A stretch of 63,474 nucleotides of DNA, counting the filler, from Reclinomonas americana ATCC 50394 (lineage: Eukaryota), in NCBI GenBank assembly GCA_048213135.1. It is 6 parts of 2 records of this genome, joined end to end, with 100 filler letters (N's around TTAATTAATTAA, not from the genome) between each part and the next. Parts side by side here need not be neighbours in the genome. Positions count along the whole stretch, not along the records: positions 1 to 27,238 come from PS015148.1; 5 more parts are not named here. The stretch is one strand, 5' to 3'. The translations under genes were made by a program, and so were the position numbers. The notes under the pieces were generated by a model that was not told the DNA's origin, did no database searches, and was given only the letters and a program-made list of their open reading frames with translations. Below, piece by piece: positions 10,922 to 21,542 of this stretch; the stretch's first letter is position 1; the number at the start of each line of letters is the position of its first letter.

Positions 10922-13041
10922 ATGTCGTTGCGTTTTTGTGTGTGTGAGCTGCGATGTCGCTCGCTTTTCCACCCTTTTTTTGTGCATGCGTGTGTGTGCT
11001 TTCTCTGTGCTCCACTCTACTCATTGGCACCCACAACAAACATTCACTTTTCTGTGTGTCTTCTCTTGCGTCAACGTGTGACATGTCTATTATTTGAACC
11101 ATCACTGACGCGCGTTGTCTCGCTCTCTTTCTCTTTTTCTCTTTCTCTCTTTCTCTCACTCTTTGTCGCGCTGTGTGTCTGTGTGTGTGTGTGCGTGTGT
11201 GACTGTGTCTTTTCTTTCACTTGCTTCATTTTTTCTAATCTCTCTCTCCCCCACCCCTCCTCTCTCTCTCTCTCTCTTGTGCACACACACTCTCTCATGC
11301 ACCTCTCTTCTTGACATCCGCGCCATGATCAGCGTGCGACTTGTCTCCGCAATGCATGATCTTCCTTAAAATGACCCCACACACACTCACATTTTCGTCC
11401 CCACTCTCTCTCTCTCTTTGTGCGCAGTGGCCCACGCAAGAGTCGAAACTCGCAGTCGGGCCAGCAACACCCTCCGCCTCCTCTGGTTTGCGCACTGCCT
11501 GATTCGCATGACTCCCTCTCCACTCGCACACATTGTCACTCACTTGTCTCTACAATCAGCATGTGATTCAAATCACCGCGCACGGAGATGGCTTTGCGAC
11601 AATCCACGCTCCATCCGGCCGACTGCACCTCTCCTTGGTCGACATCAACGGCCACGAGGTGCCACTATGGCGAGCATGCCGTGTCAGCGTCGAGGACGCT
11701 GACCTCGCGGCCGTTGCGCTCCTCAATCGGCGCATCAACTCGACCATGATCGTGTCGGCGAGTGGCGGTAGTTCGTTTGTCGTGCGTCTGATGGGCATAA
11801 ACAGACATTCTGTGGATGTGCGAGTGGTGCTGACGCCGGAGCCGCCGCTGCCGCTGCCGCCACCGATCCAAGTTCGGGACCTGGGCGTTGGGTGGACCGA
11901 CTTCACCGAGGGACCGCCGCGTGCGCGTGCGTTGCTGACGTCGTTGCGCTATGTGCGCCCAAACGTTTCCGACAAGAAGAAGAAGAACAAGGCCAGCGGG
12001 CGTGGGAAGCGCCCGAGCGATGGGCCTGCGGATGGCGAGCCTCCCGTGCGGCGCCAGCGGACAGACGCTGGTCAGGAGTCAATGGATGTGGATGCGCCGC
12101 GCCGGGCCGCGCGTTCTGTTGGCGATCTGCTGTTTGGAGACAAGGTCGAGGGCATGCGCGCCGACAAGCCCGATGCCGAGGTCATTCTCGACCGTGACGA
12201 ACCAGTATCGGGAGAGTCTGCTCGGAATCACCCTTCGACTGCACCCGGGATGGCGGCAGCTGTGCCGGAGCCGTTAGACCCCTGTTTCGTGCCACGGTCA
12301 GACCGCAAACGAGAGAACGCGGATGTTGCGGAGAGCCTGTTGACGGGCTTGCAATTGATCGCGTACTCTCCTGCCGAGTCACCGCGATGGACACCACGGC
12401 AACAGCCGCCACCACCACCACCGCCGCTGCCACCAATGCAGGCGTTGCCGCCGCCGCCGCCGCCACCACCACCGCCACCTCCACCACCAATTCAGGCATT
12501 GCCGCCGCCGCAGCAAGTGTCGCGCGCCACCAACTTATTCGACTTTTACCGAGAGTCGTCGCCGCTGCCGCCGCCACCACCGCCGCGAGCACAGCGCCAG
12601 CAACCGCAGCCGCAACCGCAACCACAGCCACTGCCACTGCCACAGCCGCCNNNNNNNNNNNNNNNNNNNNNNNNNNNNNNNNNNNNNNNNNNNNNNNNNN
12701 NNNNNNNNNNNNNNNNNNNNNNNNNNNNNNNNNNNNNNNNNNNNNNNNNNNNNNNNNNNNNNNNATCGCCTCTCGCCACCTACGGGGGTATGTTTTCGCC
12801 ACTCGCAGACCCATATCCCGAGATTGACAATCTCGAGCGCCTGCCACCCGACTGCCGATTCCTCCTGATGCTGGACCGGCCCGTGTGCGGACCGCTGCTG
12901 GATGAATGGACCTGGCTCGACCAGTGAGGCTTCATCGCCTCTGTTTTTCCTCCCGCATCTTCTTTTTTTTTCTTGCATCTTCTTTGTTTTAGTTTCGCAT
13001 GTGTCTTTGTGTTGGTGTTTCTCTCCATCAGGTCTGCTTGA
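10922..13041 (+). CDS. Orphan protein, paralog B
   Basis: Exons 10922-10926, 11428-11485, 11560-12923 (containing a 114-N gap) and 13032-13041 give MSGPRKSRNSQSGQQHPPPPL|HVIQITAHGDGF...WLDQ|SA*. Intron positions and phases match paralog A. Confidence 0.75.
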
Positions 13042-14563
13042 CCGACAGCCTATTTGGCTTCTCAGCATCTGCCGAGTGCGCGAGAAAAGTAGTGTGTTAC
13101 TTTTTCTCGCCGCGTGTTGCGGATGCTCCGGAGTGATTCGTACTCCCACCGATGGACGCGTCGCTGATGCACTGGAGACNNNNNNNNNNNNNNNNNNNNN
13201 NNNNNNNNNNNNNNNNNNNNNNNNNNNNNNNNNNNNNNNNNNNNNNNNNNNNNNNNNNNNNNNNNNNNNNNNNNNNNNNNNNNNNNNNNNNNNNNNNNNN
13301 NNNNNNNNNNNNNNNNNNNNNNNNNNNNNNNNNNNNNNNNNNNNNNNNNNNNNNNNNNNNNNNNNNNNNNNNNNNNNNNNNNNNNNNNNNNNNNNNNNNN
13401 NNNNNNNNNNNNNNNNNNNNNNNNNNNNNNNNNNNNNNNNNNNNNNNNNNNNNNNNNNNNNNNNNNNNNNNNNNNNNNNNNNNNNNNNNNNNNNNNNNNN
13501 NNNNNNNNNNNNNNNNNNNNNNNNNNNNNNNNNNNNNNNNNNNNNNNNNNNNNNNNNNNNNNNNNNNNNNNNNNNNNNNNNNNNNNNNNNNNNNNNNNNN
13601 NNNNNNNNNNNNNNNNNNNNNNNNNNNNNNNNNNNNNNNNNNNNNNNNNNNNNNNNNNNNNNNNNNNNNNNNNNNNNNNNNNNNNNNNNNNNNNNNNNNN
13701 NNNNNNNNNNNNNNNNNNNNNNNNNNNNNNNNNNNNNNNNNNNNNNNNNNNNNNNNNNNNNNNNNNNNNNNNNNNNNNNNNNNNNNNNNNNNNNNNNNNN
13801 NNNNNNNNNNNNNNNNNNNNNNNNNNNTTGTGCGTTAGTTGATTTGTTCCGCCCGTGTCTCCATGGCTGCAGTGGTGTGTCCGCTCGGTGAGTACGAAAA
13901 ACTCAATTGTGCCCAGGAATAAGGGCCGTATTCTTTCTCCTTCTTGTCTTTTCTTTCGTTTTATCTCGTCTTCTGACGTGCACGTTAACTGCATGTTTCT
14001 TCTCGTTACCATCTCCCGATTGCTCGTATATACTGCATTGTGGGGGTTTTCTGTCGATATCTTCTTCCTTTTTTCCCTCATCTTCTTCCTTCCTCTCCTT
14101 TCGAATTCTCGTTCTTCATGGTGTTGTGTTGTGTTGTGTTGTGTTTTCTTTGCCATTCTCCCTCCTGTGTTGCCTCGTGTACATGCGTTTTTCCGTCACC
14201 GAGTGCAATGAACAGCCGATTGCCATCTTCTACACTTTGAATCCTTCTGCTCTCACACTGATAGTCGAGAGCTCTCCAGCAAACGATCGCCTCCCGATTC
14301 GTACACACCGAACGACAGACAACCCCAAGCTTTTGCGACTGCGACACCACTTTCTCACTCCCGCGTATCACACAATACCGTGGTGCAGCACGCGCATACA
14401 CGCTGTTGTTGTTGTTACGTACACAAGAAAAAACACAACGACACACAGGGCGCGATTCGCCGCACGCCCCCGAGAATCCGAACCCAATTAAGAAAAGATG
14501 TGCCGCTCAATCACTCAATCACTCCTCACTCAGTGAGCGCACACACACACACAAGCAACGGAA

Positions 14564-17500
14564 ATGGCCGTGCGTCGCGCCTTTCTCTTCACCCTCGGTC
14601 AGTCCATCCGTCCTTCATGCTGCTGCTCTTTCGCTCACTGACTGACTGACTACTTTGTGGCAGTGTTGGTGAGCACGTTTGTCATTGCTGGCCTGCTCTT
14701 CTCATGGCCTCTGCTGGTCGACTTGTGGCAATCAGAGACACCAGAGTTGCGTCTCTCTCTGTGTGTGTCATGACAAGTTTTCGTGCAGTCGCTCAAGTGC
14801 ATCATGATGACAGCTTGGACTTGGAGTATTTCAGCAATGTTTTGTCTCGTTGCTTCTTGTTGTGGTGTGGTTTAGGTTGTGTTTATGTGTGCTTATGGTG
14901 GTGTGCATAGGTGTTTGCGATTGCCAACTCGACGAGAATGATTGCCACGTTGTTGTTGGGGTTTCTGTTGGATAAGCTGGGCCCGCGGTTCATGTTGCGT
15001 GGCGCGGTCTTCTTCTCCTCCTCAGTGGAGTCTCTGTGCCTTTCTCTCTTTCAACCAGGAAGACTCTTCCTTTTTCTTTCTTCTCTTTGTTGTTCGTTCC
15101 CTTCTCTTTCTCAGCAACTTGTCTCTCCTGAGTGCTGGCACGTCGATTGTGTCTGCACTCTCCTCGGTTGCTGGTCCTTTGATTCACATTCCGTCGGCTG
15201 TTCTCTTTCCTTTGTCGATCCTTGTATTTCGCAGTTCATGTTGCGTGCGCGGTCTTCTCCTCCTCAGTGGAGTCTCTGTGCCTTTCTCTCTTTCAACCAG
15301 TTCGACTCTTTCCTTCTTCTTCTTTGTTGTTCGTTCCCTTCTCCTTCTCGATCGATTGGTGCTTGCCTCGGCAACTTGTCTCTCTTGAGCTCTGGCAGCT
15401 TGACTCTGCATTCTCTCTTTCTTGTCTCCTCTCCTCGCTCGCTGGGTCTTTGATTCACATTCTGTCGCTTCTTTCTTGCACCCTCCTTGCATTTCACAAC
15501 GATCCCTTTCTCTCTCCTGCAACCAGCTCGACTATTCCCTTTGTCGTTCGTTGCCTTCTCTTTCTCAGTTGATGCTGGCCTACACTCGTCTCTCTTGAGC
15601 GCTGGCATCTCGCTTGACTCTCCTCTCGTCGCTTGCTCGGCCTTTGATTCACATTCCATCGTCACTGCTCGTTTCCTTCATCCCTCTCCTTGCATTTCGC
15701 GGCACTCTTGAAAGCGACTCTGAATCCTTTGCCCTTCCCCCCTCTCCCCTTACCAGTTCTGGTTTCGTCGACTATTCCTCTTCTCTTCTCTTTGTCGTTC
15801 GTTCCCTTCTCCTTCTCGATGCATTGGTGCCGGCCTCTCGCCCACTCCATCTCACTGTNNNNNNNNNNNNNNNNNNNNNNNNNNNNNNNNNNNNNNNNNN
15901 NNNNNNNNNNNNNNNNNNNNNNNNNNNNNNNNNNNNNNNNNNNNNNNNNNNNNNNNNNNNNNNNNNNNNNNNNNNNNNNNNNNNNNNNNNNNNNNNNNNN
16001 NNNNNNNNNNNNNNNNNNNNNNNNNNNNNNNNNNNNNNNNNNNNNNNNNNNNNNNNNNNNNNNNAGAGAGAGAGAGAGAGAGGGGGGGGGGAAGTCACGA
16101 GTTTTGAGCGCATCTTCTTGGCAGTGAGACAAGAGAGAGTTTTCGGAGGCACTCGATGCAAGAAAGAGGGAGGAAGAGTGGGATGGAAAGAGCGAGAGAA
16201 TGTGTGTGTGTCTCATCGGCACTCGGCAGACGTAATCCTTTCTCACTCCCTTCTTCTTCTCGTTCTCTCCCGCAGGATTCAAGGTACACTCGGAATCCGC
16301 TGCGCTTCTCCAATTACCTCTGCCAGTCCCCTCACTCATGGCTCTCTCTGACAGGTCGGTCGTCTGTTCCCTGGACGCGAAAGCACCATCATCAGCGTCA
16401 ACTCGGCACTGTGGGAGCTCTCATTTTGCATGGGGTGAGTTCAAAGTCCATCTTCTCAGCAACTTTTCTACTTTGTTCTGTGGTCAGTTCTCTTTCTCAT
16501 TTCTGTCGTTTGTTGCCGCTCTCTCATTGATTGACGCTCTACCACTGCCAGCCTCCCGTTCTCTCCCGCTTCATCCTCTCGCTGTTCCTTCCGCTCTTCT
16601 GTTCCTTCCGCTCCCTCACCCACCCTTCCCCTCCCTTCCCTTCCCCTCCCTTCACCTTCTCCTCCCCCCTCACTCTCCCTTCCGCTCCCTCTCCCTCCCT
16701 TCCCCTTCGCCTTCCCCTCCCTTCACCTTCTCCTCCCTTCCCCTCCCTTTCCCTTCGCCTTCCCCCTCACCCACCCTTCCCTTTTCATAGCCTCATCTTG
16801 CGCGGCATCAAAGCCGTCACGGGAGCCGCCATGGCCACCATCTTCCTGTGGTACGCCGTGGTGGTGGCGGCCCTGCTGGTGCTGCTGTGGATCGGGTGGA
16901 CGATCAACCGCGAGTCGCTGATGGACAACACCAAATTCAAGGCGCCGAGTGCCGTTCGCGGTGCCAGCGCCGCCATCGTAGAGGCCGCGGCCGCGGCGGC
17001 GGCGCAAAACGGCGGCGCGTCTCCCAACCACGTGGAGATGAAGCGCCTGATGCGTCGCGCCATTCACAGTGCCGCCGACGTGCAAGGCATCGGCCTCATG
17101 CACGGCAAGCCGTCGTCCGACGACGTGCGCACGCACATTCACGTGTCGGCCTCCGCGCCGTCGTTCCACGCCAAGGGCAACAAGTCGCCGACGGTCACCT
17201 TTGTCGACGTGCCACCTCGGCGCGGCGCCAATGCCAACGCCACGGTCGTCGCCGACGTCGGTGCCGGTCAACTCAACAACACCAACAACAGCAACAACAG
17301 TGGCGCGGTGTCCGGGTCGGCGGCCACTGGGGCTGGAGCTGCGGCGACCGCCACCACCACTAACTCGACGGCGCTTGTGGTCGGCCAGGAGCGCACAGCA
17401 CCGTCGCAGGCCTCGTCGCCCGGCGACTCCGAGTCGTCCCCCGTCACGCCTGCATCTCCACTCGGATCGCCCACGGGAGCCAAGTTCCTCAACGACGACC

Positions 17501-18896
17501 ATTCTCGCCACGTCGACCACGACCACGACAATGAGGAGTATGATCCCGAGCTCGCGGCGCTGGAGCAGGTGGAGGAGCAAAAGGGCCCAGCGGCGCACAT
17601 TGATTCGCTGCAGGATCTGAAGGAGCACTTCCACTCGGACAAGGTGGTGTTTGGGCTGTACACGGTCACGTCGTGGCGCCTGCATGGTCATCACACGGCG
17701 GATGAGGTGAGTGATGAGGGGGAGGAGAAGGGAAATGGGAGATGAGAGGGAGGAGTGAGGGAGGGAGTGAGTGAGGTCAGCGTAGAATCGTGTGCCGTTG
17801 AGAGAGTCTGCATCGGACGCGTGGACTGGACTTACACGCCCGCTGAGAATGCTAATCACACGCCTCACAGCTCACCACGGTACGACGCGGCCTCTTCTCA
17901 TGGGAGTTCGCCACCCTGACGGCGATTGGTGCCATGGTCAGCTTGGTCACAAGGTGGGGGGTGTGAGCAATCTTTCTCTCTCTCTATTCTCTCGCGTCGC
18001 TGACATGAGGTTGCACACGCACAGCATGTACCTGGGCACGCTGAATGCATTCTACCAGAGTTTGGCCCCGAAAGACGTGGCCGACAAGTACATCACTGGC
18101 TACTCGGTCGCGTATCCGTTGCGTTTTCTGCTGCCGGGTGAATAGTGAGCATTGAGCTTTTTGCTGACCAATAAGCGTGCACGCAGGTTTACGGCGCTGA
18201 CGGTGGTCATTGCCGACTGGATGATCCGGAAGAAGGTCAGTGTAATGCGCATGGGTGTTGCAAGGAAACTTGATTTACTCACAGAGAGAGTGGTGGATGG
18301 ATGCATGCAGGGCCTCGCCATGTCCATGCTCACCATGGTCGTCATCGCGCTGGGAGTGTGCGCTCTGTGCATGATCCCATCCATCGAGGCACAGATCGGC
18401 AGCCTCATCATGCTGATCCTGCTGCGCGGACAGGTGAGTGTGGTGGTAGTTGTGTGTCTTGTGGAATTGCAGTGGGAACTCACCATCCCTGTTGCTGGTA
18501 GTTTTCCGCCGGCGTCATTGTGTGGTTTGCCGAAATGTTACGTCTTGTCGTGGGCATGGAAGCATCTCTGTGGTTGCTGACAACACCCGCGCGCAGTTAC
18601 CCGCCTGCCATGTTCGGTCGCATTGTCGGCGTCTTCAACGTATTCATGGCGGGCTTTGCGTACGCCCAAGTCGGTGAGTGTGCATGCGCCGCTGCTGCTG
18701 TTACGGTGTGTGGGCGATGCGCCTCACATGCTTGCGTGTGCACACAGGCCTCGTGTGGCTCACATATCACGCGTACGGCGAGCATTTCGCGCTCACATGG
18801 CTGACCATTGCCGTGCCACTGGCGCTCACCATTTTCATGGTGCTGCGGTTGAAGAAAATCAGTCCCAGTGTGCTGCAGCCGACACAGTTGCGTTGA
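14564..18896 (+). CDS. Major facilitator superfamily transporter, SLC43/LAT3-FMP42-like, multi-exon
   Basis: TM1 reads VIAGLLFSWPLL. The MFS motif A-like segment is GFLLDKLGPR. A long central Ala/Ser/Asn-rich loop lies at 16790-17706. The C-half reads SMYLGTL...YPPAMFGRIVG and is followed by further hydrophobic helices, with the stop at 18894-18896. Confidence 0.85.
14988..15858. repeat. Degenerate intronic minisatellite/duplication (~245-nt period at its start)
   Basis: gttcatgttgcgt...tcctcctcagtggagtctctgtgcctttctctctttcaaccag occurs at about 14988 and 15234. The motif ctttgattcacatt recurs three times. Confidence 0.75.
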
Positions 18897-20200
18897 TCGG
18901 TCTACTGCTGCTTGGCGAGGAGGAGGAGGAGTGACAACTGACATGTGACCGCGCGCAGGATTTACAAATACATTATCACCCATGCGCCCAACGTGCATGA
19001 CGCGCATCATCACCAGACGGTGCACCTGTGAGCGCAGTGGAGGTGTCATTACACATTTTACCACAATTTGCAGAAGAGAGAAGGAAAAAAAGAATGTTGT
19101 TTATTGAAAAGAATCATCTAGATGTTTGCGAAAAGGGGGCAGAAGAATGAAGGAGTTAGACGGGAGAGGGGGGGACAAAGAGGACGAGCAGATTTGCGTG
19201 TCTACAGTGACAAGGCGTTCGTGTCGTCGCACGCGAAGGCACTGTTCCTCCCTGTCGAGCGAATTCCCTGGACTCCTGCATCAGTGCGAGAAAGAGGTTC
19301 GTTGTGTTTGCGTGCCTGTCAAACGAGATCGTGCTTTGTCGCTCATNNNNNNNNNNNNNNNNNNNNNNNNNNNNNNNNNNNNNNNNNNNNNNNNNNNNNN
19401 NNNNNNNNNNNNNNNNNNNNNNNNNNNNNNNNNNNNNNNNNNNNNNNNNNNNNNNNNNNNNNNNNNNNNNNNNNNNNNNNNNNNNNNNNNNNNNNNNNNN
19501 NNNNNNNNNNNNNNNNNNNNNNNNNNNNNNNNNNNNNNNNNNNNNNNNNNNNNNNNNNNNNNNNNNNNNNNNNNNNNNNNNNNNNNNNNNNNNNNNNNNN
19601 NNNNNNNNNNNNNNNNNNNNNNNNNNNNNNNNNNNNNNNNNNNNNNNNNNNNNNNNNNNNNNNNNNNNNNNNNNNNNNNNNNNNNNNNNNNNNNNNNNNN
19701 NNNNNNNNNNNNNNNNNNNNNNNNNNNNNNNNNNNNNNNNNNNNNNNNNNNNNNNNNNNNNNNNNNNNNNNNNNNNNNNNNNNNNNNNNNNNNNNNNNNN
19801 NNNNNNNNNNNNNNNNNNNNNNNNNNNNNNNNNNNNNNNNNNNNNNNNNNNNNNNNNNNNNNNNNNNNNNNNNNNNNNNNNNNNNNNNNNNNNNNNNNNN
19901 NNNNNNNNNNNNNNNNNNNNNNNNNNNNNNNNNNNNNNNNNNNNNNNNNNNNNNNNNNNNNNNNNNNNNNNNNNNNNNNNNNNNNNNNNNNNNNNNNNNN
20001 NNNNNNNNNNNNNNNNNNNNNNNNNNNNNNNNNNNNNNNNNNNNNNNNNNNNNNNNNNNNNNNNNNNNNNNNNNNNNNNNNNNNNNNNNNNNNNNNNNNN
20101 NNNNNNNNNNNNNNNNNNNNNNNNNNNNNNNNNNNNNNNNNNNNNNNNNNNNNNNNNNNNNNNNNNNNNNNNNNNNNNTCGTCGTCTCGTACTACCTACG

Positions 20201-20203
<3 letters not shown>

Positions 20204-20297
<94 letters not shown>

Positions 20298-20313
20298 GTG
20301 CACACACACACAC
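20204..20313. repeat. (CA)n microsatellite
   Basis: Direct reading. Confidence 0.95.
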
Positions 20314-20353
20314 AACCCTGTTTAAACGCAGCAGTCTTGTTCAGCTGTCTGGC

Positions 20354-21087
20354 ATGAATCCTGGGCCTGTGGCTGAACCCGGATGTGGAGAGACATCGAA
20401 ACTCACGTGTTCCACGCGAATCATCGACCTCGACGCGTTTCTGAATTCGACATCAGAGCATGCCACCCACGAATGGCTGGCCACGATTGTGGAATTCTGT
20501 GAGAAAGTCCGCGATACGAACCGCGACAGCGAAGAGTCGCGCGCTCTGGGTCGAGAGCGTCTCGCGGCTCTGGAGAGCATGGATGAGCACCCTCTCGTCC
20601 GCGTTGACCAGCAAGGTCGTGCTTTGCGTGTGCGATATGAAGACCCTCCGCACGGATCCGGAATTACTCACCGCTGCGCTACGCCACAGTTCGCATGATG
20701 CTGGGCCAAGACCGCGCGTTTTGTCATGCGGCCATCGCAGGATGCATCATGACGGAAGAGGAGTGCGCCGAGGCCGCCGACTTTGACTACCCTTGATCGT
20801 GGCGATATGTGCATTACGCCCGCAGTCGTGTGATTGATAGGTATTGGCGACTGTTGGAGATGAATAGTTGTGTGTCTTGGTGCGCCATGGCAAGGGATTT
20901 GGTGAATGCAAGAAACTTCTATCTACAGTGCACAAGTTTTACGACGCGAGTAACGGCTACAGTTTGTCTCCATTTGTCAGCCATGGAGGACGTGACGAGC
21001 GCAGTGCCCGATGTGCCACAGGAGCGCAGTGCCACAACGCAGGAGACCAGCGACGAGACGATGCCAGCAGGAGGTGAGTCTGAGTGA
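20354..21087 (+). pseudogene. Probable degraded, apparently intronless paralog of the C-terminal domain of the A20-finger gene at 24201-25260
   Basis: It reads CIMTEEECAE...YP*SWRYVHYARSRVIDRYWRL...VSWC/(frameshift)HGKGFGE, against CFMLSAAQADE...YKYEHAVCSNVLDLWRI...VGSCYHGNFGE in the intact gene. There is an in-frame TGA at 20794-20796 and a frameshift near 20884. Confidence 0.5.
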
Positions 21088-21542
21088 GTGAGAGTGTTTG
21101 GCCATTTCTTCTCGCGCGCGAACGACTCACTCACACAACGACTGCGACGCTGGGCGGGGGAATGTGCAGGCTGGGCGCCCTGGTCACCGTGGAGTTGCGT
21201 GAGAGACAGCGAGTAAGATCAGAGGGAGTGGGAAGAGGACAGATTGAGAAAATAGACAATGTGTGTGGGAGAGGGAGAGAGAGAGTGTGTGTGTGTGTAT
21301 GTGTGTGTGAGAGATAGTGTGTATGTATGTGTGTGTAAGAGAGAGAGAGAGAGCGCGCGCGAAGAGAGAAACTTTGAAACTTTCGATATTTGTCTAATGC
21401 ACTCATCTCAATCTCTTCCATTCTTCTTCTGCAGATCCATGGCCGGTGTATTAACGCAGCCCATTCTGGCAAATCTGTCTCTCTCTCCCTCTTTCAGTGA
21501 TGTCTGGCGTAAATAAGACCAATTGCTCCTCTCTGAAAACCT

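Noticed and set aside
5880-14215. Duplicated unit as a transposable element
   Set aside because: No terminal inverted repeats, LTRs, target-site duplication, or transposase/RT motifs were seen. It behaves like an intron-containing tandem gene duplication.
14746-14790. GTTGCGT at 14746 as another shifted donor
   Set aside because: The phase only works with an implausibly short ~32-nt intron. An upstream GT donor fits equally well, so it was excluded from the donor list.
20794-20796. In-frame TGA as selenocysteine or codon reassignment
   Set aside because: It is accompanied by frameshifts in the same region, and TGA acts as a normal stop in many intact genes here.
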